Made by a program: the position numbers and the translations under genes
Source of the DNA: Gammaproteobacteria bacterium
GTDB taxonomy: Bacteria; Pseudomonadota; Gammaproteobacteria; UBA4575
DNA length: 64,000 bases
Reading direction: 5' to 3'
Assembly (NCBI GenBank): GCA_045105615.1
Contig: JBGCDS010000010.1
Location: 24,452 to 88,451 of the forward strand
Notes under the pieces: model-generated
Database searches by the model: none
The model's input: the letters and a program-made list of their open reading frames with translations, nothing else
Told to the model about the DNA's origin: nothing
Shown: positions 1 through 9,204 of the stretch, in pieces
Layout: every line of letters begins with the position of its first letter
Numbering within the stretch: the stretch's first letter is position 1

Positions 1-36
1 CTAAAGCGGCAGTAGCTTTTTCTTCTTTGTAAATAC

Positions 37-642
37 TTACTGGTCAAAAGAGCGGGCAAATAAAATACCCTTTTCAACCCATACGTCTACGCCAATACCA
101 TTGACAAAGTGGCGGACTGGCTCCTGCCCCTCTTGCAAATTAGGCAACTCACTAAATAAGTCTTTGTCATACGGCGCTTGATAAACAACTTGGATTCTTC
201 CGGTTGCTTTATCTTGCATACGCAGTTGCGCAGCAGTCTCTCCTTGAATTGAGCAATAACGCCCACCGATGAGTTTTAAATTATTATTGGCCACGAACCG
301 AGATGGGCTCAACGAAAAGTCCAATTTACCAAAGTAAGCTCTCACCTCGTCTAGCGAAGTGCTGGATACTTCCATTGGCTTCATTTTCAAATGATTATAA
401 GAAACTTCTTCAGCGATAATTTGCGACACATCAGCCTGATTAATTAAACCAGCACCCCAGAATAGTCCCAAGGCAAGCGATAACACTAGCACTGCAGCAA
501 TTGCTCTCGCTTTAAATAAACTCTCTTGCTGTTTATTTTCGTGTTTCGCATTAAGCATTTTAGTCAAATCTTGCAACTGCTCACTGTTAAGTTGCTTTGA
601 TTCAACATACTCTTTCACTGTGTTTTTTAATTCTCGCTTCAT
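37..642 (-). CDS. Putative anti-sigma factor: cytoplasmic N-terminus, one TM helix (AIAAVLVLSLALGLFWGAGLI), periplasmic C-terminal domain. Overlaps the upstream ECF sigma gene by 4 bp
   Basis: ORF track. Start ATGA overlaps the sigma-factor stop (639-642). Single hydrophobic segment; position directly downstream of the ECF sigma gene. Confidence 0.5.
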   Translation of the reverse strand: MKRELKNTVKEYVESKQLNSEQLQDLTKMLNAKHENKQQESLFKARAIAAVLVLSLALGLFWGAGLINQADVSQIIAEEVSYNHLKMKPMEVSSTSLDEVRAYFGKLDFSLSPSRFVANNNLKLIGGRYCSIQGETAAQLRMQDKATGRIQVVYQAPYDKDLFSELPNLQEGQEPVRHFVNGIGVDVWVEKGILFARSFDQ

Positions 643-1121
643 GATGCTACTTCCCTGCTCGACCCATCAAACTGTGCTTCGAGTCGCTTTCTTAAACGAT
701 GAATTTTAGATAGCAATGTGCCACGCGGCATCCCCAAAAACTCTGCCAACTCATCTGTTGTGTACCCTTCTACCGCCCAAAAATACATAATCTCACGCTC
801 CAAAGCCGTTAGCTGTTGCCAAACCACTTCGAGCTGATTTTGAGATGCAACAATTCTTTCTAGTGAATTAGTATTCATATCTACATAGGTAACTGTCTCA
901 TCATACTGCTCTTCATCAACCTTTGAATGCTTCCTACGTTCGTCAATATAATGGTTTCGAATAATTGTTTTAATGTAAGCAATCTCATTATCAATATCAC
1001 TATTATCTGCTTTTAAAAACTTCTCAATACTTGACTGCAGAAGGTCGTAGGATTCATGTTCTTCACCCGTTAGCGAAAAGCAGTAACGATACAAACTATT
1101 TAATTGCTTTTCATCAAACAT
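639..1121 (-). CDS. ECF-type RNA polymerase sigma-70 family sigma factor
   Basis: 160 aa. Region-2-like segment (IRNHYIDERRKH) and region-4 HTH (YTTDELAEFLGMPRGTLLSKIHRLRKRL) typical of sigma-24/ECF factors. Confidence 0.8.
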   Translation of the reverse strand: MFDEKQLNSLYRYCFSLTGEEHESYDLLQSSIEKFLKADNSDIDNEIAYIKTIIRNHYIDERRKHSKVDEEQYDETVTYVDMNTNSLERIVASQNQLEVVWQQLTALEREIMYFWAVEGYTTDELAEFLGMPRGTLLSKIHRLRKRLEAQFDGSSREVAS

Positions 1122-1123
1122 AC

Positions 1124-1879
1124 TTAATGTTTAATCCATTTATTTTTGATTAGCTGTTCAAGCGCTGCATTCAAGCGAGGAGCTTCAACAAATAGCTCGG
1201 CAATATCAGACAGTGTTTTTTTATCCTGTATCGCAGTGATCAATCTAAACAGGTCCGCATCTATTTTTCTTAGTGACACTTGATATTGATCTCTGAAAAT
1301 GCATAAGTATTCATGCTCAGCAGCGACTATTGCCTTATTCTCAACAGCATCACTTTGATGCATCTCCCATAACTCGGCGATTGGGTATTCAGATGCAAAT
1401 ACAGACACACTCGCTTGCAAGGAGAAATTCATTTCGCCTGCTTGAGCAGCACATGCGCTTTGAAATTCGGTCATATCCAATTTTATATTATCCGCAGAAA
1501 AATAAACTTCTTGGATTTGCCACTCTAACTGAGCCAAATCAGCGAGGTATTGAAAATCTGTCAGCTCAGCTCTTTGCTCAATTAGCTTTTGAAGAAAAGC
1601 TGGAAATCCGTCTCCATATTGATTTAGATCAAAACTTTTTGATGGATTTTTTTGAACATATGTTTTTGCAATCTGTTTAAAATAATCACTGCCCAATATT
1701 TTTTCACATATTGGATATACACTCATCAATACCGATACATGTAATAATCTTACATTGGTTCGATAAATCTCTATTCTTTCCGACGGCTTTAAATTACCCT
1801 GTTCACATATAGACAACAGTACTGCATTATCAGAATTATATAATGCTGCCCAAAATTCTTTTTGTAAATTAACTAACAT
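1124..1879 (-). CDS. DUF2063 family protein (HvfC/BufC-like putative DNA-binding partner protein of MNIO RiPP systems)
   Basis: 251 aa. Motifs YRTNVR..L..S..YP, NQYGDGFPAFL, YLADLAQLEWQ match the DUF2063 N-terminal domain; sits directly downstream of a DUF2282 peptide gene. Confidence 0.65.
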   Translation of the reverse strand: MLVNLQKEFWAALYNSDNAVLLSICEQGNLKPSERIEIYRTNVRLLHVSVLMSVYPICEKILGSDYFKQIAKTYVQKNPSKSFDLNQYGDGFPAFLQKLIEQRAELTDFQYLADLAQLEWQIQEVYFSADNIKLDMTEFQSACAAQAGEMNFSLQASVSVFASEYPIAELWEMHQSDAVENKAIVAAEHEYLCIFRDQYQVSLRKIDADLFRLITAIQDKKTLSDIAELFVEAPRLNAALEQLIKNKWIKH

Positions 1880-1983
1880 AAATTAATACATATGACATGC
1901 GCAGCTCTTAGAAAATAAACACGGATAATAATCTTTGAACTACGCATGTTTATGTAACCTATTATTAATAATAACTTGGCTGA

Positions 1984-2268
1984 TTACTTAGCAGGTTTTA
2001 CTTTTGCCACTGTACCACCAGTGATTTTTGCACAGGTACCACCTGGGACATAAACCCACTCTGTGTCATCATTATCAATAGTCGCTTGGCCAGCACAGCC
2101 ATGCTTACCATCTAATGCGCCACAATCATTCTTCCCGGCTTTGGCTATACCTGCGCATTTTTCCCACTCTTTAGGTTGATCTGGCACAGCCTGTGCAGAT
2201 GTCGCGGCGAATAGACCGACAGATAGAATTGTAGCGATTGCAGAATCAACAACGATTTTTTTACTCAT
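1984..2268 (-). CDS. DUF2282 family secreted Cys-containing peptide (bufferin/BufA1-like RiPP precursor)
   Basis: 94 aa. Sec signal peptide (..ATSAQA). Core EKCAGIAKAGKNDC...HGCAG...VPGGTCAKITGG with 4 Cys in the spacing typical of DUF2282/bufferin precursors. Confidence 0.7.
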   Translation of the reverse strand: MSKKIVVDSAIATILSVGLFAATSAQAVPDQPKEWEKCAGIAKAGKNDCGALDGKHGCAGQATIDNDDTEWVYVPGGTCAKITGGTVAKVKPAK

Positions 2269-2520
2269 ATTTCGTACTCCAGGATGATTAGTATTATCAC
2301 GAGCAATTGATATTTTTACTTGCTCTCACACCCTAAGACGAAATTGAGATTAACTTGATTGCATGAATTTAAAAATACTCTGGCTACCGGCTCTATGAGG
2401 AGGTCACACACTTATTAACGTGCCGCTTAAGTGATAGGCCCTGGCTTGAGTACCTCAGTTTTAAGTAGCGGAGTCAAGGCCACCTAAAATTACGGAGCTT
2501 TTACTTTGTAAATTTATAAA

Positions 2521-2685
2521 TTACTTGGTTAACAACAATTTATTAGATTTCGTCAATTGTAACAAATAGGTTTCACCTGCATGGCTTATCCATGCATAAC
2601 GCTTACCTTTTAACAGGCTTGTTAGAGACACCGCAGAATTTTGTTGGCCTTGTTGATTAGAGTTAAGTGAAAGATGATTTGTCAT
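2521..2685 (-). CDS. Small hypothetical ORF (54 aa, MTNHLSLNSNQQGQQNSAVSL...). Internal Met of the 77-aa track ORF, preceded by a strong RBS (AGGAGCG, 5 nt spacer)
   Basis: Reverse complement of 2686-2697 gives AGGAGCGCTAAC-ATG. No recognisable domain. Confidence 0.2.
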   Translation of the reverse strand: MTNHLSLNSNQQGQQNSAVSLTSLLKGKRYAWISHAGETYLLQLTKSNKLLLTK

Positions 2686-2796
2686 GTTAGCGCTCCTGAG
2701 TGAGTCTTTAATTACCAATATGTAAATAATAATCGTTCTCATTCGTAATTGCAAACTCTATCCTCGTTATTATCTCTCAGCTGAATTTGCTAAAAA

Positions 2797-3678
2797 TTAA
2801 CTCATTATCTGGGCTAGATTCAAGCCTTCCTTTCCTATTGGCGGACACCAATAATAATTACCAGTGATTGGCTTTGAAAATGTAAACAGTGCATCTGTCA
2901 CATCATCATCTAATCCCACCATTCTTCTTAATTGCATTTCAAATGCATCGAATGAATGACCAAATGAGACAAACATTAGGCCTGATTGTTGATTCTCAAT
3001 CCATGGCATCGAGCGTCTGACCACATAGGCCTGCGGATCGAAATCATCCTGTTCAACTCTTTTAACATGAGCACTTTTAGGTGCATCTGCTATTTCTTCA
3101 TCTGTGGCCTTAGTTCTGCCAATCGTATGATCTTGTTGTTGCACGGATAAATTTTCAAAATGATTTAGGTCGTGCTGCCATTGCTGAACCGCAACGAAAC
3201 TAGAACCATCCATTTTATTACTCTCACCGGACATTAACGCAGCTTGCAGAGCTAATTCATCCTTAGGATTTTCTGTACCATCTTGATAGCCAGTCAAATC
3301 CATGCCGTCACCATATTTAAATCCATCTACCACGTGAATCAATTCAAACGCTGGCTTGGCTATCACTTCGATCGCACGACCTCGATGTAGCAATTCGCCT
3401 AAATCATCACCACGCAACCAAAACCAGAGATCACCAGGAGTTGCTGACATAGGCACAGGCGCTTTACTTAATTCGGGAAACAGGTGTAATCCAGGCACCT
3501 CTTTATGCAATGTTGTTGCGACTTTAATACCTATCCCCATCACTACATTTTTACCATCAACCATATGCGATAAAGATGTCAGTACACTTTTTAATTCAAT
3601 AGGGTTTGTGATACCAAAAGTTAAATATCGTGAGCGTACGGGGACATCTAGAAATATAGCGGGTTGACCTGTGTGCAT
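2797..3678 (-). CDS. Dyp-type haem peroxidase (YfeX/EfeB-like, cytoplasmic class)
   Basis: 293 aa. GYQDGTENP motif and overall DyP family similarity. Confidence 0.75.
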   Translation of the reverse strand: MHTGQPAIFLDVPVRSRYLTFGITNPIELKSVLTSLSHMVDGKNVVMGIGIKVATTLHKEVPGLHLFPELSKAPVPMSATPGDLWFWLRGDDLGELLHRGRAIEVIAKPAFELIHVVDGFKYGDGMDLTGYQDGTENPKDELALQAALMSGESNKMDGSSFVAVQQWQHDLNHFENLSVQQQDHTIGRTKATDEEIADAPKSAHVKRVEQDDFDPQAYVVRRSMPWIENQQSGLMFVSFGHSFDAFEMQLRRMVGLDDDVTDALFTFSKPITGNYYWCPPIGKEGLNLAQIMS

Positions 3679-3755
3679 AAGTAAAACTCAATATAATATT
3701 AGTAATCGTATTATAACCATCAACCTAGTCATAACGAATAAGTTGATAGATAAGC

Positions 3756-5540
3756 CTATCCTGTTTGCTGGCGACCGTATAGTTTAGTGTATAAACCATT
3801 AGACCCTAGAAGCTCCTCATGACTACCGTGCTCACTGATCATGCCATCGTCAAACACAAATACTCTATCAGCCTGCTTCACAGCACTAAGTCGATGCGCC
3901 ACAATAATAGTCGTTCTATCCTGCAAAAACGACTGCAAGGATTCATGCACACGCGCTTCAGTATCAGCATCCAACGCTGAAGTAGCTTCATCAAGAATGA
4001 CTACATTAGGGTTAGTTAACGCCATACGCGCGATTGCAATACGTTGACGTTGACCACCAGACAATCTAATTCCATCCATCCCTAAGATGCTATCTAAGCC
4101 ACGAGGCATTTGCTCGACGATATCTCGTATCTGTGCAACTTCTAATACTTCCCAAAGCTGTTCATCTGGCACATCTCTGCCTAGAGTTAAATTCATACGA
4201 AGTGAATCGTTAAATAGTGCAGGATGTTGCAACACGCAAGAAACATGCTCTCGCACAACCTCCATACCTATTTTTTGCATCGACACACCATTAAATTTAA
4301 TCTCTCCAAATAATGGTGGATACAACCCAAGAAGCACTTGGACGAGTGTAGACTTACCTCCACCACTCGCACCGACTAATGCTACTTTTTCACCAGCCGC
4401 AATAGAAAGGTTGACGCCATTAAGTACATAAGGCCCATCACCATAGGCAAACTTAATACCTTCTATATCCACAGCCATACCTTTTTGCTTAAGGAATGGA
4501 TTTAGCTCGTGCTCATAAACCGGTTCATTAGGCAGATACATTAATTCATTAATACGCCCTAATGCAGCCTTTGCACTAAAGTATGAATATTGAATATTCA
4601 ACACATCTTGCACCGGCCCCATCATGAACCAAAGATAGCCAAACACCGCAATCATTTCACCAATAGATAACCCAGCAAATAACACCATTGCCATGCCGAC
4701 AGCACGAAAAACATCAAATCCAACTAAAAAGATAACAAACGACAAACGATTAGCAGCATCGCTTTTCCATGAATAAGCCGCCGAGTGATCACGCACTTTT
4801 GCAGCCAATTTATCAACGCGCGATAGGTAAAACTTCTCCCGATTACTTGCTCTAATTTGCTGAATACCATCGAGTGTTTCAGTCAATGCCTGTTGAAATA
4901 TCTCGAAGGCTTTATTTTCATTCTTTTTTAAATTCTTAACACGTTTACCCATCACCATCGTGAAATAAATCACCACGGGATTCATCAAAAGTATAAATAG
5001 TGCTAATTGCCAGTGCAGCCAGAGCAAAATCGCAGCCACGCCAATAATAGTTAACACTGAAACAATAACTTTACTGACTGTCTCACCAGCAAAACTATCA
5101 ACTGTATTCAAATCCGTAACAAATAAAGATGAAACAGTACCACTGCCAACTGTTTCATATTCTGACATGGCTATAGACTGCAATCTGTTTAGCAATTGCG
5201 AACGAATTTTATAAACAACATTTTTAGAGATACCAACAAACTTTTTAGTCTGCCATAGGTTAAGCAGCACTGAGGTAACTCTAAGGATAACGGTGATGAC
5301 CAAAATCCCTGCAATATAAAATAGCGGACTATGATCTGAACTCGATGACAACCAATCAAACGCGGCAACCACCTTGCCTGGTTGATCAAGTAAAATCTCA
5401 TCAACCAGTAGTGGAATCAATAATGGAATCGGCACGCTAGCCAACACTGCAAATATTGCGATAATGTTGGCTACTACTAAAGTACGCCGATGCTGCAACG
5501 CCAACTGAACAATATATTTAAATGTATATGTTGCTGGCAT
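3756..5540 (-). CDS. ABC transporter fused permease/ATP-binding protein (exporter type, MsbA/multidrug-like)
   Basis: 594 aa. N-terminal 6-TM domain; Walker A GASGGGKST; signature LSGGQRQRIAIAR; Walker B ILDEATSALD. Confidence 0.85.
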   Translation of the reverse strand: MPATYTFKYIVQLALQHRRTLVVANIIAIFAVLASVPIPLLIPLLVDEILLDQPGKVVAAFDWLSSSSDHSPLFYIAGILVITVILRVTSVLLNLWQTKKFVGISKNVVYKIRSQLLNRLQSIAMSEYETVGSGTVSSLFVTDLNTVDSFAGETVSKVIVSVLTIIGVAAILLWLHWQLALFILLMNPVVIYFTMVMGKRVKNLKKNENKAFEIFQQALTETLDGIQQIRASNREKFYLSRVDKLAAKVRDHSAAYSWKSDAANRLSFVIFLVGFDVFRAVGMAMVLFAGLSIGEMIAVFGYLWFMMGPVQDVLNIQYSYFSAKAALGRINELMYLPNEPVYEHELNPFLKQKGMAVDIEGIKFAYGDGPYVLNGVNLSIAAGEKVALVGASGGGKSTLVQVLLGLYPPLFGEIKFNGVSMQKIGMEVVREHVSCVLQHPALFNDSLRMNLTLGRDVPDEQLWEVLEVAQIRDIVEQMPRGLDSILGMDGIRLSGGQRQRIAIARMALTNPNVVILDEATSALDADTEARVHESLQSFLQDRTTIIVAHRLSAVKQADRVFVFDDGMISEHGSHEELLGSNGLYTKLYGRQQTG

Positions 5541-5578
5541 TGTATTTTTACTTATTTATTAAACCTTAGCTAAAATCC

Positions 5579-5953
5579 CTATTCGCTTTCTTTTTTCTCT
5601 TCTTCATCCATTGATGCGCGAACTTGATCCATATCTAGTCCTTTTACCTTCTCAATAATATCTTCCAGCTGCGCGGGTGCTAATGCCCCTGCTTGGTTGA
5701 ATAATAAGATTTGTTCCCTGAATATCATCAACGTTGGTATAGATCTGATTTGGCATGCCTGGCCCAGTTCTGTTTGCTCTTCAGTATTCACCTTTGCAAA
5801 GGTAACATCGGTATGATTTTCAGACGCCATTTCAAATGTTGGCGCAAAAGATTTACACGGTCCACACCATTCTGCCCAGAAATCAATAATGACAATATTA
5901 TTTCCTTGGATTGTATCGTTAAAATTATCAGAATTAAGCTCCAGCGTGGCCAT
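5579..5953 (-). CDS. Thioredoxin
   Basis: 124 aa. WCGPC active site; acidic C-terminal tail. Confidence 0.85.
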   Translation of the reverse strand: MATLELNSDNFNDTIQGNNIVIIDFWAEWCGPCKSFAPTFEMASENHTDVTFAKVNTEEQTELGQACQIRSIPTLMIFREQILLFNQAGALAPAQLEDIIEKVKGLDMDQVRASMDEEEKKESE

Positions 5954-5961
5954 AGTGTCTC

Positions 5962-6564
5962 CTAGTTATTAAAATTTCCTTGCGAATAATAGTATTCAAT
6001 ATCCATCAATACATCTCGTAGATTTTCTAAACGCACCAAGGGATTATCAATCTCAAGAATACGTTGTTTTTGTTCTAATTCAAACGGCAAATATTCCGTC
6101 AGCCTAGCCGCAACCCAATGTGCACTGTGCAAATGTTGACTTTGCAAGCTGAACGGCTCACCCAATTCTTTTATAATCACAGATAGCAAATGCCCCCACT
6201 CCTCAAAGATTTCGGGAAGCGCTTCATCGTCATCTTGTTGCAGATAATCCACCTCCGCAATAATCAGCTGATTAGCCTGTACTTGTGTGGATTTTATCAC
6301 TATTCTTGATTGACCTTGAACGGTCACCCCTAACAAACCATCAGGCAAGGTTTCCCAGTCAATAATACGGCAAGAAGTTCCCACATTCTGATGTTTTGCC
6401 GCATTTCCCACTTCACGTCCATCTTTAATCAAGCAGATAATAAATTCGCTTTGGTTACGTGAACACTCTTTCACCATATCCAAATAACGTGATTCAAAAA
6501 TTCTCAGTGGTAACACGCCGCCTGGGAAAATCACTGAATTTAACGGAAACAAAGGAAGATTCAT
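5962..6564 (-). CDS. Stand-alone Lon N-terminal (LON substrate-binding) domain protein
   Basis: 200 aa. N-terminus MNLPLFPLNSVIFPGGVLPLRIFESRYLDMV matches the Lon N domain. Confidence 0.7.
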   Translation of the reverse strand: MNLPLFPLNSVIFPGGVLPLRIFESRYLDMVKECSRNQSEFIICLIKDGREVGNAAKHQNVGTSCRIIDWETLPDGLLGVTVQGQSRIVIKSTQVQANQLIIAEVDYLQQDDDEALPEIFEEWGHLLSVIIKELGEPFSLQSQHLHSAHWVAARLTEYLPFELEQKQRILEIDNPLVRLENLRDVLMDIEYYYSQGNFNN

Positions 6565-6566
6565 AT

Positions 6567-7817
6567 TTAACTTACTGTATAGAAAATTCTATCCAACATA
6601 AAATGAAAAAAATACGCTTGAGTAGCTGCCGAGCTCTCCAATAGATTTGATTTTGATACACGCAACACTTGAGACTTCACTAGCGCCTCACAACGATAGT
6701 TAGAAAATTGCTTAGACAAAATATTATCAGACAACCACTGTTTTGCATTTATAGTAAAATGCTGACCTTCAGTCACTAACAGAGCCTTCCCTTCTATGAG
6801 ACACAGATACTCATCCAACAATTGCTCATTAAAAATTATATCACCGCTATTAACGGACGAAATTTCTAAGCAATTAGCTAACTCATGAAGTACTTCCAAA
6901 TTACTATCTTCAAATATCTCAAATTTTTTAAGTTGATCTGTATCTAAGTCTTCATAGTTATTTTCATTAGTACTAATTTGATCTGCCACAATTAAAATCT
7001 CAGTCTCAAATTCTGCTGCCGAATTAAATCTATTTTCAGGTTGTTTAGTTAGCGCTTTTACAAGCAATGCTTTCAACGATTCTGGGTGGATGTCTTCTAT
7101 TGCCTCTGGCTCACTGCCAATAATTTTATACAACACGGCGTGTGCATCATCACCAGAGAAAGGCAAATCGCCGACAATCATTTCATATAATAATACGGCT
7201 ACTGAAAATAGATCACTCAATTCATTTGCTAACGTACCATCAATTAATTCTGGCGCCATGTAGGATGGTGTTCCCATTAGCCCCGAATCATCAGCCTCAC
7301 CCGAATTTAATATAGAAATTCCAAAATCTACTACTTTCACCTGCTCATTTTGAGTAATCATTATATTGCTTGGCTTAATATCACGATGAATAATATTTTT
7401 TGTATGCGCGTAATCTAACGCATGACAAATCTGCGCAGCAATATTCAATGCTGTGCTAATAGGCAAAGATTTCTTCCGCTTTAAAAGCGCTAACAAACTC
7501 TCGCCTTGGATATATTCCATGACAATATAGCCTTCATAATCACCAATTCCTGCATCGTATACTGAGACAATATTTTGATGTTGCAATCGTCCAATTGCCT
7601 GCGCTTCAGCATAGAACAAATCATTAGCTACTAAGTCTTCATCTCCACTGGGATCAAACAATTGAATGACTTTTATTGCGACCTTGCGGTCAAGGAATGG
7701 ATCATAAGAACAAAACAAAGTGCGCGTCGGCTGAGTACGCACAGCTTCTTCTAAAGAAAATTTTCCGATGTTTCCAGTAGAAGCTAAACTTCTCCTACGT
7801 TGCCGTCTTTCAAGCAA
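6567..7817 (-). CDS. Hanks-type Ser/Thr protein kinase with C-terminal cyclic-nucleotide-binding-like domain
   Basis: 416 aa. VAIK, HRDIKPSN, DFG, APE motifs. C-terminal ~120 aa resemble a CRP/cNMP-binding beta-barrel (GDIIFNEQ...CLIEGKALLV). Confidence 0.75.
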   Translation of the reverse strand: MLERRQRRRSLASTGNIGKFSLEEAVRTQPTRTLFCSYDPFLDRKVAIKVIQLFDPSGDEDLVANDLFYAEAQAIGRLQHQNIVSVYDAGIGDYEGYIVMEYIQGESLLALLKRKKSLPISTALNIAAQICHALDYAHTKNIIHRDIKPSNIMITQNEQVKVVDFGISILNSGEADDSGLMGTPSYMAPELIDGTLANELSDLFSVAVLLYEMIVGDLPFSGDDAHAVLYKIIGSEPEAIEDIHPESLKALLVKALTKQPENRFNSAAEFETEILIVADQISTNENNYEDLDTDQLKKFEIFEDSNLEVLHELANCLEISSVNSGDIIFNEQLLDEYLCLIEGKALLVTEGQHFTINAKQWLSDNILSKQFSNYRCEALVKSQVLRVSKSNLLESSAATQAYFFHFMLDRIFYTVS

Positions 7818-7838
7818 TGAATTTCCTTCACTTATACA

Positions 7839-9203
7839 TTAATGATTCAAACGCTGGTTGAGACCGGTAATAAGTTTGTCGCAAACCCCACCAAAACCAC
7901 CATTACTCAAGATAAGCACATTATCCTGAGGCTGTAAGATTGACAGCAAATATTCGACCAAACGTTCTATATCAGTGAATATATTGCTATGTAGACCCGA
8001 TAATACCCTCTCTATCGACCAACTCAACTCACCGCTATCATAAATACATAGTTCAGTTGCAGGAGATAAAGCTTCTTTCAAACGATGCGCATGAATGCCC
8101 ATCTGCATGGTATTTGAACGAGGCTCAAATACTACAATCATTCTTTGCTTATCATACTGCTGCTTAAAGGCTTCTAAAGTACATTTGATTTCAGTTGGAT
8201 GATGTGCAAAATCATCGTAAATAGTAATTCCATCGTACACGCCTTTATTTTCTAGACGTCTTTTCACTCCAGTAAAATTAGAAAGCGCTTTTAACGAATG
8301 CTCTACACTTACACCTGCATGTCTTGCAGCACTTATTGCAGCCATTGCATTCAAGGCATTATGTTCGCCTAATAAAGATAAGCGCCCCTCGTATCTTTTA
8401 CCTCCCTGTGTTGAAATTTTATAAGGGTTTTTTTTATCGTGCACATTTGCTAGATGCCAATAATTAGATGCTTTCACTCCGAATGATTCATTTTCAGACC
8501 AGAGCCCCTGGTCTAACACCTGTTGAATATTCTCATCATCACCATTGAAAATTAGCTTACCTAACTGCGGAAGAATTTTTATCACATGATGGAATTGTTT
8601 CTGCACATCTTGAAGATCACGAAAAATATCTGCATGATCAAATTCAATATTATTAATGATCAAGGTGCGCGGCTGATAGTGAACGAACTTAGAGCGCTTA
8701 TCAAAAAAGGCTGTGTCATATTCATCAGCCTCAATAACAAAAAATGGTTTATCTCCAATACGCGCAGAGACACCAAAATCATTTGGCACGCCTCCTATTA
8801 AAAAACCAGGCTGCATCCCTGCATGTTCCAGGATCCATGCAAGCATGCTCGCGGTAGTTGTTTTGCCATGCGTACCTGACACTGCAAGCACCCAGCGGCT
8901 TTGCAACAAATGCTCACTCAACCATTGAGGCCCCGATATCATTGGCCATTGCTCACTCAGCATTCGCTCTATCACAGAGTGCCCTCGAGTCATTACATTC
9001 CCTACAACGACCTGATCAGGACGTATATCTAATTGCGATGCATCAAAGCCTTCAATTAAATCAATACCTGCCGCTTCAAGCTGTGTACTCATAGGTGGAT
9101 AGACGCCCTCATCTGAGCCAGTAACTTGATAACCCATTTGTTTAGCCAGCAGCGCCAAGCCACCCATAAATGTTCCACATACCCCGAGGAAGTGAATATG
9201 CAT
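7839..9203 (-). CDS. mpl: UDP-N-acetylmuramate:L-alanyl-gamma-D-glutamyl-meso-diaminopimelate ligase
   Basis: 454 aa. Mur ligase family, N-terminus MHIHFLGVCGTFMGGLA; GTHGKTT P-loop. Confidence 0.85.
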   Translation of the reverse strand: MHIHFLGVCGTFMGGLALLAKQMGYQVTGSDEGVYPPMSTQLEAAGIDLIEGFDASQLDIRPDQVVVGNVMTRGHSVIERMLSEQWPMISGPQWLSEHLLQSRWVLAVSGTHGKTTTASMLAWILEHAGMQPGFLIGGVPNDFGVSARIGDKPFFVIEADEYDTAFFDKRSKFVHYQPRTLIINNIEFDHADIFRDLQDVQKQFHHVIKILPQLGKLIFNGDDENIQQVLDQGLWSENESFGVKASNYWHLANVHDKKNPYKISTQGGKRYEGRLSLLGEHNALNAMAAISAARHAGVSVEHSLKALSNFTGVKRRLENKGVYDGITIYDDFAHHPTEIKCTLEAFKQQYDKQRMIVVFEPRSNTMQMGIHAHRLKEALSPATELCIYDSGELSWSIERVLSGLHSNIFTDIERLVEYLLSILQPQDNVLILSNGGFGGVCDKLITGLNQRLNH

Positions 9204-9204
9204 T

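Noticed and set aside
1330-1680. 116-aa plus-strand ORF inside the DUF2063 gene
   Set aside because: It lies entirely within a well-supported minus-strand gene, has no RBS and no domain. It is a frame shadow.
1124-1879. Possibility that the 251-aa protein is the missing DUF692/MNIO enzyme
   Set aside because: The sequence matches DUF2063 landmarks (YRxNxR, YGDGF, LxxLxxLEW). It lacks the TIM-barrel/xylose-isomerase-like pattern and length of MNIOs.
3356-4431. Several plus-strand ORFs (3356-3667, 3841-4047, 4087-4431) antisense to the DyP and ABC genes
   Set aside because: Ser/Thr/Cys-rich low-complexity translations typical of antisense frames of real genes.
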